A stretch of DNA of 64,000 nt, taken from an uncultured bacterium. GTDB lineage: Bacteria > Cyanobacteriota > Cyanobacteriia > Elainellales > Elainellaceae. Below the pieces are notes generated by a model. That model did no database searches, had not been told where the DNA came from, and saw nothing but the letters and a program-made list of their open reading frames with translations. The position numbers were made by a program, and so were the translations under genes. Location of the stretch: the NCBI GenBank assembly GCA_964630955.1, contig CAZVXA010000003.1:13664-77663 (forward strand). Direction: 5' to 3'. This document shows positions 45,999 through 56,500 of the stretch, in pieces (position 1 is the stretch's first letter; the number at the start of each line of letters is the position of its first letter).

Positions 45999-48900
45999 TT
46001 AAAGAAGGTCTTCGAGGGCGGCGAGTTCCAGGGCGATCGCGGTTTGGATGTCGGGAGGTGGAGGCGGAGGGGTGAGGGGGTGAGGGGGTGAAGGAGTAGA
46101 GGGGCGGGGAGGTTGAGGGGGGGTGAGGGAGGAAGTGAGATAGTTGGCGAGAGCGGCGATCGTAGGGTGTTCAAAGAATGCAGTGGTGGGAATAGGTTGT
46201 TCCAGGGCGGTTTCCAGACGATTTCGGAGTTCAATCATCATGAGTGAATCCATCCCCATGTCGAAGAATCCCGTTTGGGGGGAGGGCAGTTGTGTGGGGG
46301 ATAAGCCCAGTACTTTGCCGACCTCGGTTTGTAAATAGGTGACTAGGTGAGCAATGCGCTGACGATCGCGCATCTGGCTGAGTTGCTGTTTGAGAGGGGA
46401 GAGGGGAGAGGAGCGATTGGCTGGCTGGTCTGGCAGGGAGGTAGTCTGAAAGGCGGAGAGGAAGGGATGTTGCAACAGGTTGGGCGGGAATTGAACCCAG
46501 TCAATCGGAATTACGCCCACCTGGGGAGCACAAGATCGCAGCAACTCAGCAAATGCGGCGACTCCCTGGTCGGGGGTGATCGTGCCAATCCCGCGTTGTT
46601 GCATTTGAGTGGTAATTTTGCGATCGGTAGCGGAACCAATCTCTGACCATGCACCCCAGTTGATGCTGAGGGCAGGTAAGCCTTGTGCCCGACGGTAGTG
46701 CGCCAGGGCATCGAGTACGGCATTGGCAGCCACATGGTTTGCCTGTCCGGGCGACCCCAACAGCGAAGCCGCCGAGGAAAAGCAGACGAAGAAATCCATG
46801 GGCTGATCCTGGGTCAGACTGTGTAGATGCCATGCTCCTGCCACTTTCGGTACCATGACTCGCCGCAACCGATCGGGGGTCAGGTGTTGTAAGGCTCCGT
46901 CATCCAACACGCCGACGCTATGGATAATACCCCGCAGGGGATAGGCAGGATCGATATGTGTCAATGCCTGTGCCAACTGCTCTCGCTGTGAAACATCAAT
47001 CGAGCAAGTTGTAATCGTGACTCCTGCCGCTTGCAGCGATCGCAGAGCTGCCGCTGCATCCGGACCGGGTTGGGTGCGTCCTACCAACAGTAAATGAGTT
47101 GCGCCCTGGGATGCTAACCACTGCGCGGTTGCTAATCCTAAACCACCCCAACCTCCGGTAATTAAGTAGGTCGCATCTAAACGGATTGGGGGAGTGCTTT
47201 GGTGATCCAGAACAATCTTGCCGATGTGTCTGGCTTGTTGCATGGTGCGAAAGGCTGTCACAACTTCGGTCACTGCAAAAGCCTGATAGGGTGCTGGCTG
47301 GAGCCTGTCTGCCTCAAATTGGTGCATCAAATTCTGTAAAAGTACCTGGATGCGATCGGGGTGTGACTGGGTGACGCTCATTAAATCAACAATCGCGTAC
47401 TCCACATCCGGGCGCACCTGGGCAACCTGTTCTGGACTCCAAATGTCCCGCTTGCCGATTTCAATAAACCGCCCACCTGATCGCAACACGGCTAAACTTT
47501 TAGGGATAAAATCACCGGTCAGGGAGTTGAAGACAATCTCTACCCCATCACTGACCTGCAAAATCGCATCGGCAAAGTCCACGGTGCGCGAGTTGAAAAT
47601 GTGCTGTACCCCCAGCGATCGCAGCACCTCCCACTTACCCGGACTCGCCGTTGCCCACACTTCTGCCCCCACCTGTTGCGCTACCTTCACCGCTGCAATA
47701 CCCGTACCGCCTGCTGCTGCATGAATCAACACGCGATCGCCGGGGTGCATCCGGGCAATGTGCTGGAGGGCATAGCTTGCGGTTAAAAAGTTGGCTGGAA
47801 TCGTTGCCGCTGCTTGCAGGCTTAAGTTTGTGGGTTGCTTCACTACTAATCGGGCATCCACCGTGACAAACTGACTCATACTTTGGGGTGCCAGCGCCAC
47901 AACCGCATCCCCCACCTGAAAATGGGAGACTGCCTTGCCGACTGTCGCGATCGTTCCGGCACACTCTACCCCAAATCCCCGACGCTCAAAGGGTAGTAGC
48001 TTCAAGGCATCTAAGACATCAATCAGGTTCAGTCCCGAAACCGCCACCTGAATTTCTACTTCGGTTGCCTCCGGTGCCTGGCGGGAAACAGGTTGCCATT
48101 GCAACTGCTCTAATATGCCCTGCGTCATTGTCGTGAGAGTATAGGGCTGATCTGGCAACCTGCGGCGATCGCCCGTCTCATATCGCTGTAAGCGGGCGAC
48201 ATGGCGCTGTCCCTGGTGCCAGGTAATTTGATCATCGGCAACGGGCATGAGTAGTTCTGTCACAAGCATGGGAATCTGCTCAGCCAGTGTCAGGTTGTCA
48301 TCCAGATCAATCCGTTTATGCTCCAGTTCGGGATGTTCTAGCGCTATCACTTTTCCGAGTCCCCAAAGGCTGGCTTGAGCGAGTCCGTTAAGAGTCTGGG
48401 GGGTGGTTGCTCCTTGCGTTACCAGCCAGAGTTTTGGTCGATGCGTCCTTGCCACTTGCAGAATCGTTTGCAATCGTCCCAGCGAAGATTCCGTCAAAGT
48501 TAGGATGGTGGATTCAACGGATGAATCAGCGGTGTCCAGATTGAGAGTGAGGCTATAGAGATCAACGATCTGAGTAATCGGAAACTCTGATGTAAGTGTA
48601 GCTTCTAAGGTTGATTTCAAATCTGCCTCTGAAGCAAGCCACGTTACCTTTTGTCCCTGCTCTTGCAACGCTGCCTGGAGAAGACCGTCCTGATTGTGTG
48701 AATTGCCGAGGAGCAGCCAATGATCATTTACAGGCGCTGATCGCGCCACGATGACTGCTTGTTGGGTAAGGGCAGGGGAACGTTCCCCGGTGGGGATGAT
48801 TTCGCAACTGTCATTAAAACCGCACTCTGCGAGGATGTGTTGCCATTGGGAGACAGAAATCAGCGGATAGTTGGGACGTAAATCGCGATCGCGAAAATGC

Positions 48901-51900
48901 CACCAGCCCTCAGTTAAGCCAAAAATCAAATCCAGCCAGCGAGCGGGACGAGTGCCTTCAACCAGCAGCAATCCTCCCCCGGTCGTGAGCAGTTGTCGAA
49001 TGTGGGGCAGGGTTTGGCGCAAATCCTGAGTAGCGTGCAGCACATTTGCCGCAATGACCAGATCAAAGGAGTGGGGAGTGAAGCCCTGATCGAGCGGCGA
49101 TCGCTCCAGGTTCAACAATTGGTAGTCCACAAACTCATAGGCTGAAAATCGAGCCTTTGCCTGACTCAAAAATAGGGGCGATACATCCGTAAACACATAC
49201 ACGGTTTCCCTGGAATTGCAGTGGGGCAGGAGATGAGCCGTTGTGCCGCCTGTTCCGGCTCCCAGTTCCAGAATTCGGAGGGGCTGTCCCGATGGAATGG
49301 TTTGGGCAATCCAGATAATTGCTTGCTGCACCAGGAAATTGGTGGTCAATGCTCCGGGCGAATCCTGGTAGAGCGCCGTCAAAAGGGACGCATCCCCATT
49401 GGGAAACAGCAGTTGTAACGGATCACATTCCCCCCGCAACACAGAGGCTAAAGACCTGCCACAGCGATCAAGAAGTTGCTGTTCCACGCTGGCAGTTTCA
49501 TTGAGAGGCATAATCTCGATTTGCTCAGAGGTGGGCATCTGCACCACTTGCCACGCCGGTTCTGGTGTTGTTATGGGTTGCAATAAGCCAACTTCGGCCA
49601 GGATTGCAAGCAGGCGATCGCAAAGGGAACGATGGTTTGCAACAATTCCATACTGAGCAACTAGAGTGGATGTTGAAACAGTCTGATCCAGCTTCCAAAT
49701 GAATCCCAACTGATTGAATGCTTGCAGAATATAGGCAATGCTGAGGGACTCTAAGCTTTCTAATGGGTGAGTATAAGTTTGTAATTCTGGTTTCGCCAAT
49801 TGCTGGTCAAATTCTGGTGCAAGTGCCTGAGCGATCGCATTGGGATCTGGCAAAGTGAATCGCAGAGGTAGTGGTTGAGGGTGCCATTCCACCTGATACA
49901 GCCACTCTTGCCACTGCTTCTCCACCCCTGAAAATGCCCGTTCCTTTACTCCTTCACCTCTAACGGCCTTCAACTGCAACCCCGTAATAGTTGCGATCGC
50001 ATCTCCTGTTGCTGTCCAAATTTGCACATTGGCAATTAACCCATTGTCATCCCGATGGCGTAACTGCACTGCACTCCAAATTTGCTCTGTGGCAGATTGA
50101 TGAAACACCAGGCGATCACAGCCACTGGGCAGATAAACGGGGCTATGGGACTGATCCAGCAAGTTTACGGCAATGGTTTGGAAGCAGGCATCCAGCAGGG
50201 TGGGATGAATGTTGTAGCGATTTAATTCTGCGGTGGATACCTGTGACTCGATCCAGGCTAGTGCTTGCCGCTCTCCCCGCCACAACTGACGAATTGATTG
50301 AAAGGAGTCGCTATGGACAATACCATGCTGAGCCAGTTGATCATAGAAGACATCACAGTTAACGGACTCTGAGCAGGCGGTTTGCATGGCATTGAGGGTA
50401 TTCTGCTCTGCCAATGGTGGCTCAATTAATGCACTAAATTTTCCCGTGGCGTGAGTGGTCCAATCCTGAGTGTTGACCGTGCTGGCAATTTCCCAGGTGG
50501 AACCATGAGACTGATCAGCGTGAGGAATCCATTGAACGGTGCAAGGTTGCTCTAAGCGGAGGGGCTGCTGAAGAACAACATCGGTGAGTTCAACGGACTG
50601 CGATCGCAAACAGTGCTGAGCGGCAACCAATGCCATTTCCAGATATCCGGCGGCGGGTAAGATCACCTGTCCGAAGATACGATGTTCAGCGAGATAGGGG
50701 GGGGAGTGGGGCTGCAAGGTCTGACTGAAATACGGTTGCGGCTGATGGGCGATCGCGATTGGTTTGCCCAAAAGGGGATGTCCAGAATCCTGGGACGGTA
50801 GGGGCGATCGGTCGATCCAATAGCGTTGCCGCTGAAAGGGATAGGTCGGCAGAGAAACTGGCTGACGGGGATAGTCCCGGTCAAAACCAACCCAATCAAT
50901 GTCAACGCCTGCCTCCCACAATGCCTGCAAACTGGACAAAATCACCTGCCAATCGGCTTGTCCCGGACGCAAACTGGGCAGCCACAGATAATTTGCTGCA
51001 TTGGGGAAACACGATCGCCCCATGCCTAGCAAGGTTGGCTTTGCCCCAATTTCTACAAATCCAGTACAGCCCTCTCGCTGTAAGGTTTCCATCCCTTTAG
51101 CAAATTGCACGGTGTGCCGCAAATGCTCACACCAGTAGTCAGCATTGATCTGGGATGCTGCAATTATATCCCCAGTCAGGTTCGAGACGATGGGGATTTG
51201 GGGTGGGGCATACTCTACCTGCCGCGCTACCGTTGCAAATTCCAGCAGCATCGGCTCCATCAGGTGAGAGTGAAATGCATGGGAGACGGTTAACTCCGTA
51301 GTTTTAATTCCGCAAGTCTGGAAGGCGGCGGCGGCTTGGGCGATCGAGGCTGCCACACCAGACAACACGGTATTTTCGGGAGAATTGATTGCCGCGATCG
51401 CCAGGGTGGGTGCCACCGCCTGAACCGTCGCAGCATCAGCCATCACTGCCAGCATTCGTCCATTGGGTGGCAACTGTTGCATCAACCGCGCCCGCGTCAC
51501 CACCAGCTTCAATGCCGCTTCTAAAGTGAGTACCCCGGCAACGCAAGCCGCCACGTATTCGCCCAAACTATGTCCCATGACAAATTTGGGTTGCACGCCC
51601 CACGATCGCCAGAGTTGGTAGAAGGCATATTCCAGGGCAAATAGGCTGGGTTGGGTATAGCGGGTTTGATGAATTCGATCGTTGGGTGAGTAGAGGAGTT
51701 GCACCAGGGGAACGTTTAACTCATCGCGTAATAGGACAGCACAGTGATCAATTGCCTGCCGAAAGGTGGGCTGAGTTTGATATAACTGCTGTGCCATCCC
51801 AACATACTGGGAGCCTTGTCCGGTGAAGAGGAATGCGAGTTGGGGGGGAGTGGGAAGGGGGGAGTGGGAGGATTGTGCATCGGTAAGGTGGAGAGCATCG

Positions 51901-53531
51901 GAACTGGAAGCTGCCAGGATACTGAGGCGATGGGGAAAGGGCGATCGCCGGGTGTTGGCACTGAAGCAGACATCGGCAAAATTGAGCGACGGATCCTGCA
52001 ACAGGGTGCTGTAGGCGTGTGCCAGTTGGGATAGAGCAGCGGGGGTTTTTGCCGATAGGGTGAGCAGGTGCAGCGGGCGATCGGGGGATGATGCATCAGG
52101 CTCCACCGATTGGCTAGAATTCTCTGGCGCACTGGACAGCACTACATGGGCGTTGGTGCCGCTGAAGCCAAAGGAACTGACTCCTGCCCATCGTGCGGGG
52201 GTAGTGGGGGTTGGTTGCCAGTCGGTTTGGGTTTGAGGAATAGCGATCGCTGGGTGCCAGTCGATTTTGAGATTCCGATGCTGCAAGTGTAAGTGGGGCG
52301 GAATTTGCTCGTGCTGGAGCGACAACACGACTTTGATCAGTCCGGCAATGCCAGCCGCCGCTTCCAAATGCCCAATGTTAGTTTTTACCGAACCGATTAG
52401 CAGGGGATGGGTGGGGGAATGGTTGTCACCAAATACTGCCGTTAATGCTCCCACCTCGATTGGATCACCCAGAGCTGTTCCTGTGCCGTGCGCCTCAATG
52501 TAGGTAATCGCCGCTGGTTCAATGGCAGCCTGTGTCAATGCCTGACGAATCACCGCCTGTTGCGCGGGACCATTAGGTACGGTTAAGCCGCTGCTGCGCC
52601 CATCCTGATTCACTGCAGAGCCACGAATCACTGCTAGAACGGAATCCTGATTAGCGATCGCATTGGCCAGCCGTTTCAGCACCACCACACCACACCCTTC
52701 CGATCGCACAAACCCATCCGCCCGCGCATCAAAGGTTTTACAACGTCCATCCGGTGCCAGCATCCGTGCCTGGGAAAAGTTGATGCTAAATTCGGGTGAT
52801 AACAGGCAGTTCACCCCTCCCACCAGGGCAATTTCACACTCTGACTGCTGCAAACTCTGACAGGCAAGATGCACGGCGACCAGGGAGGATGAACAGGCAG
52901 TATCGACTGCCAGACAGGGTCCGGTTAGTCCGAGGATATAAGCCAGTCGTCCGGCAGCGGTACTGTGAGAGTTCCCGGTTGCCAGGTAGGCATCAATGTC
53001 GGTCAGGGGCCGACTGAGCAAATGTTGGGAATAGTCATTGCTACATAGCCCCACAAATACGCCAACAGGTTGTCCCATCAGGGTTTTGGGCAGGATGCCC
53101 GCCCGTTCCAACGCTTCCCAACTGACTTCGAGTAAGAGCCGTTGCTGTGGATCGAGCGATCGTGCCTCTCGCGGCGAAATGCCAAAAAAGTCAGCATCAA
53201 AATCCTGCACCGCGTCAATGAATCCGCCATAGCGTGTGGCGATTTTGCCCGTCACTGCTGGCTGCGAATCGTAATAATCGTCGATATTCCAGCGATCAAG
53301 GGGAACCTCTGTAATGCCATCGTGCCCTGTCCACAAGTTCTGCCAAAACTGCTCTGGGGTAGTGGCGTTTCCCGGAAAGCGACAGGCCATCCCTACCACA
53401 GCGATCGGGTCACTGGGTTGGGAGTCTGGTTGGGCTTCCAGCTCTCGAATCCGCGCTTTCAACTGCCGAATTTCCAGCAGGGCAGTTTGCATTAACTCGC
53501 GATAGTTGGGAGACTGAGGCGATGAAGGCAT
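45999..53531 (-). CDS. Type I PKS module, fully reducing with C-methylation: KS-AT(malonyl type)-DH-cMT-ER-KR-ACP
   Basis: 2510-aa ORF. KS (VGMACRFPG; DTACSSSLVAVH about 52866-52905; EAHGTGT; NIGHLEAAAG), AT (GHSLGEYVAAC about 51541-51580; SHAFHS), DH (HRIFGQVILPAAGY), cMT (LELGAGTGGTT about 49240-49275), ER (HAAAGGTGIAAV about 47690-47725), KR (TGGWGGLGLA; SSAASLLGSPGQANHVAAN), ACP (GMDSLMM about 46235-46262), and a Pro-rich docking tail. Confidence 0.95.
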   Translation of the reverse strand: MPSSPQSPNYRELMQTALLEIRQLKARIRELEAQPDSQPSDPIAVVGMACRFPGNATTPEQFWQNLWTGHDGITEVPLDRWNIDDYYDSQPAVTGKIATRYGGFIDAVQDFDADFFGISPREARSLDPQQRLLLEVSWEALERAGILPKTLMGQPVGVFVGLCSNDYSQHLLSRPLTDIDAYLATGNSHSTAAGRLAYILGLTGPCLAVDTACSSSLVAVHLACQSLQQSECEIALVGGVNCLLSPEFSINFSQARMLAPDGRCKTFDARADGFVRSEGCGVVVLKRLANAIANQDSVLAVIRGSAVNQDGRSSGLTVPNGPAQQAVIRQALTQAAIEPAAITYIEAHGTGTALGDPIEVGALTAVFGDNHSPTHPLLIGSVKTNIGHLEAAAGIAGLIKVVLSLQHEQIPPHLHLQHRNLKIDWHPAIAIPQTQTDWQPTPTTPARWAGVSSFGFSGTNAHVVLSSAPENSSQSVEPDASSPDRPLHLLTLSAKTPAALSQLAHAYSTLLQDPSLNFADVCFSANTRRSPFPHRLSILAASSSDALHLTDAQSSHSPLPTPPQLAFLFTGQGSQYVGMAQQLYQTQPTFRQAIDHCAVLLRDELNVPLVQLLYSPNDRIHQTRYTQPSLFALEYAFYQLWRSWGVQPKFVMGHSLGEYVAACVAGVLTLEAALKLVVTRARLMQQLPPNGRMLAVMADAATVQAVAPTLAIAAINSPENTVLSGVAASIAQAAAAFQTCGIKTTELTVSHAFHSHLMEPMLLEFATVARQVEYAPPQIPIVSNLTGDIIAASQINADYWCEHLRHTVQFAKGMETLQREGCTGFVEIGAKPTLLGMGRSCFPNAANYLWLPSLRPGQADWQVILSSLQALWEAGVDIDWVGFDRDYPRQPVSLPTYPFQRQRYWIDRSPLPSQDSGHPLLGKPIAIAHQPQPYFSQTLQPHSPPYLAEHRIFGQVILPAAGYLEMALVAAQHCLRSQSVELTDVVLQQPLRLEQPCTVQWIPHADQSHGSTWEIASTVNTQDWTTHATGKFSALIEPPLAEQNTLNAMQTACSESVNCDVFYDQLAQHGIVHSDSFQSIRQLWRGERQALAWIESQVSTAELNRYNIHPTLLDACFQTIAVNLLDQSHSPVYLPSGCDRLVFHQSATEQIWSAVQLRHRDDNGLIANVQIWTATGDAIATITGLQLKAVRGEGVKERAFSGVEKQWQEWLYQVEWHPQPLPLRFTLPDPNAIAQALAPEFDQQLAKPELQTYTHPLESLESLSIAYILQAFNQLGFIWKLDQTVSTSTLVAQYGIVANHRSLCDRLLAILAEVGLLQPITTPEPAWQVVQMPTSEQIEIMPLNETASVEQQLLDRCGRSLASVLRGECDPLQLLFPNGDASLLTALYQDSPGALTTNFLVQQAIIWIAQTIPSGQPLRILELGAGTGGTTAHLLPHCNSRETVYVFTDVSPLFLSQAKARFSAYEFVDYQLLNLERSPLDQGFTPHSFDLVIAANVLHATQDLRQTLPHIRQLLTTGGGLLLVEGTRPARWLDLIFGLTEGWWHFRDRDLRPNYPLISVSQWQHILAECGFNDSCEIIPTGERSPALTQQAVIVARSAPVNDHWLLLGNSHNQDGLLQAALQEQGQKVTWLASEADLKSTLEATLTSEFPITQIVDLYSLTLNLDTADSSVESTILTLTESSLGRLQTILQVARTHRPKLWLVTQGATTPQTLNGLAQASLWGLGKVIALEHPELEHKRIDLDDNLTLAEQIPMLVTELLMPVADDQITWHQGQRHVARLQRYETGDRRRLPDQPYTLTTMTQGILEQLQWQPVSRQAPEATEVEIQVAVSGLNLIDVLDALKLLPFERRGFGVECAGTIATVGKAVSHFQVGDAVVALAPQSMSQFVTVDARLVVKQPTNLSLQAAATIPANFLTASYALQHIARMHPGDRVLIHAAAGGTGIAAVKVAQQVGAEVWATASPGKWEVLRSLGVQHIFNSRTVDFADAILQVSDGVEIVFNSLTGDFIPKSLAVLRSGGRFIEIGKRDIWSPEQVAQVRPDVEYAIVDLMSVTQSHPDRIQVLLQNLMHQFEADRLQPAPYQAFAVTEVVTAFRTMQQARHIGKIVLDHQSTPPIRLDATYLITGGWGGLGLATAQWLASQGATHLLLVGRTQPGPDAAAALRSLQAAGVTITTCSIDVSQREQLAQALTHIDPAYPLRGIIHSVGVLDDGALQHLTPDRLRRVMVPKVAGAWHLHSLTQDQPMDFFVCFSSAASLLGSPGQANHVAANAVLDALAHYRRAQGLPALSINWGAWSEIGSATDRKITTQMQQRGIGTITPDQGVAAFAELLRSCAPQVGVIPIDWVQFPPNLLQHPFLSAFQTTSLPDQPANRSSPLSPLKQQLSQMRDRQRIAHLVTYLQTEVGKVLGLSPTQLPSPQTGFFDMGMDSLMMIELRNRLETALEQPIPTTAFFEHPTIAALANYLTSSLTPPQPPRPSTPSPPHPLTPPPPPPDIQTAIALELAALEDLL

Positions 53532-53533
53532 GA

Positions 53534-56500
53534 TTAGAATTCCAATTCGTGATGCATCAGTTCTTGAGCCAGCAGCGTTGCAATGTCTGCGTCTGATAGC
53601 CTGGTGAGATCAACGGCAGTGAAGTCTGAAGGCAGGGAGGATGAGATTTCTGTGCTTCGACTAAACGTTTGTCGAACGTCAGGCGGTTGGGCAGGAATCG
53701 GCTCTGAAGCTGTATCAGCCGTGTTCTCTGGTAGATTCTCCTCGACCTGAGTTAGCAGATAGGGAATCAGGCGCTCCAGGGTGGGATAGTCAAAGGCAAC
53801 AGTCGTCGGTAAAGTACAGTTTAATGCAGTTTGCAGGCGACTCTTCAATTCCACCGAGGTGAGCGAGTCCATCCCCAGGTCAAAAAATCCCTTCTGTGGG
53901 TCAATGTCACTGGGCTGGAACCCCAGAATTTGAGCTATCTGCGATCGCACGAACTCAGTTAAGACAGCCGTGCGATCCGGGGCAGTGGTCAGCACCTGCA
54001 AAATGTCTGATGTGGCAGAGGTTGACAACGTTGATGGCATTCTGCCAGAGGGAACAGTAGCGTGTTGTTGGCGAAATGCGGCAAACAAAGGGGATGCAGC
54101 ATCATGCTGAAGGAAATGTGCCCAGTCGATCGGAATCACGCCAACTTGCACCAATTGACTGCCAATTAAGGGAGAAAGGGTTTGTCTACCCACTTCCGGG
54201 GCGATCGCACCAATCCCCAGTTGCTGGATTCGTGCGTCTGCCTGTCGCGCCGCCGCTGCCCCTACCTGCGACCATGTACCCCAGTTAATGCTGAGGGCAG
54301 GTAATCCCTGAGCTTGACGGTAGTGTGCCAGGGCATCCAGAAAGGTGTTAGCTGCCACATGGTTCGCCTGTCCTGGAGAGCCAAACAAGACGGTTGCCGA
54401 AGAAAACAGGACAAAGAAATCCAGGGGCTGATTCTGAGTCAACTCGTGTAAATGCCACGCGCCTCCTACTTTGGGCAACATCACTGCTGCTATTTGAGTC
54501 GCATCCAGGTGTCGCAGGGTCGCATCGGCTAATACTCCCGCCGCATGAACGACCCCCGCCAGGGGATACCCGGACTGACGAATCGTTTCCAGGATAGGCA
54601 CCAGCGCCGATCGTTGCGAGACATCCGCTGCGATCGCTTGAATCGTCCGGTCTGCCGCTTGTAGCTGGTGCACGACTGCTGGATCAGGGTTGCGTCCTAC
54701 CAGGACAAGATGCCTTGCGCCTTGCTGAATCAGCCACTCCGCCACTTGTAATCCCAAGCCACCCAAACCACCTGTAATTAGATAGGTGCGATCGGGGTGA
54801 AGGATCAGTTCTGAAACTGCCTGAACCGCATTCTGAGTCAGCACCAATTTGCCGGTATGTTTTCCCTGCTGCATGGTACGAAAGGCAGAGCGAATCTGGT
54901 CACGATCGTAGGTTTGATGGGGGAGGGGTTGTAAATTCTGAGCCTGAAATTCCGTCGCGATCGCCTGTAACTGGGACTGTACAAACTCAGGCTGTTGCTG
55001 ACATAGCTCCACAACATCAATCACACAATAACGGGCTTGGGGACGCACTTGAGCAAATTGTTCTGTGCTCCAAATATCTAATTTACCAATCTCTAAAAAA
55101 CATCCCCTGGACTTTAAGATAGAACAACTTTTAGGGATAAAGTCACCACTGAGGGAGTTGAGAACGACATCAACGCCTGCACCATTGGTCAACGTTAAAA
55201 TTTGCTCTGCAAACTCTAATGTGCGGGAATTAAAGACGTGATCGACTCCCAGCGATCGCACCAATGCTTGCTTGTCAGGACTGGCAGTGGCAAAAATTTC
55301 TGCTCCTATCTGCTGCGCTATCTGAATCGCTGCCTGTCCTACTCCTCCCGCTGCCACGTGAATCAACACGCGATCGCCGGGTTGAAGCTGTGCCAGATGC
55401 CGTAGGGCATAATTTGCCGTCAGAAATGCAACTGGAATCGTCGCAACGTCTGCCGGGGCTAAATGAGTGGGACAGGGCACCACCATTGCCCCATTGACGG
55501 TGACATAGCGGCTAAAGCTACCCGTTGTCAGCGCCATCACGGATTGTCCCAAGGTGAGATGATTGACCTGCTCTCCCAATCGCACCACTTTCCCTACACA
55601 TTCACACCCCAAGTCTCCCGCCTCACCGGGATATAAGTCCAGCGCATTCAGCACATCCCGAAAATTGAGTCCGGTTGCCTGTACCTGAATTTCCACTTCA
55701 TCGGCAGCAGGCGATCGTCGTTCTGCGGCAGCAAAATGCAACTGATCCAGATTGCCTCGTTGGGTCAGGGTCAGGCGATCGTTGACCGCATCGCGCTCGT
55801 CTTGAAACGATTCATCCTGCACCAACCGAGCCACTTGCCACTGGCCCTGTCGCCATGCCATGTGCTCCTCGATAGTTTCATCGAGCAATGCTGCCAGCAA
55901 GGTTTCAGTCTGAGCTTCTAACGGTTGATTTGGGTCTAAATCCAGGCAGCATGAGTTCAATTCAGGATGTTCCAGCCGCAATACTTTTTCGATGCCACAA
56001 AGCGGAGATTGGATAAGACCGGAGCGGTTTACAGTGCCTGCGGTGATCGCCCCTTGAGTCACGATCGCCAACTGGGGAGAGGGCGATGATGAGGTTTGAA
56101 TGATTGCCTGAATTAGTTTCAGAAGCTCCTGACACTGATGTTGAACGCGATTAGGTAATGTATCAGACTCTAAGTGACGTGAATTTGTTAGCGATCGCAG
56201 ATCGATGATGCGATCGAATGAAGTCTGAGTCAGAATGGAGACAAAATCAGTTAGTTCTGATGTTGAAATCAGTTGAGCAGAATGTTGAAGTTTTTCTAGA
56301 TGACTGCTTAAAGTTAAGCCCAAAGACAATTGATTTACGGGTTCTTCCTGGAGAATTAACCAGATCTCACGCTTGAATGGATTGATGCTGTTTGTATTGG
56401 ATATATTGGCTGGGGTATTGGCAATCAGAATCGATTGAAAAGCCGTCTCCTGATTAGGATAGGTATCCGGTTGTAGTGCGATCGTGGTCTTAAACCCAGT

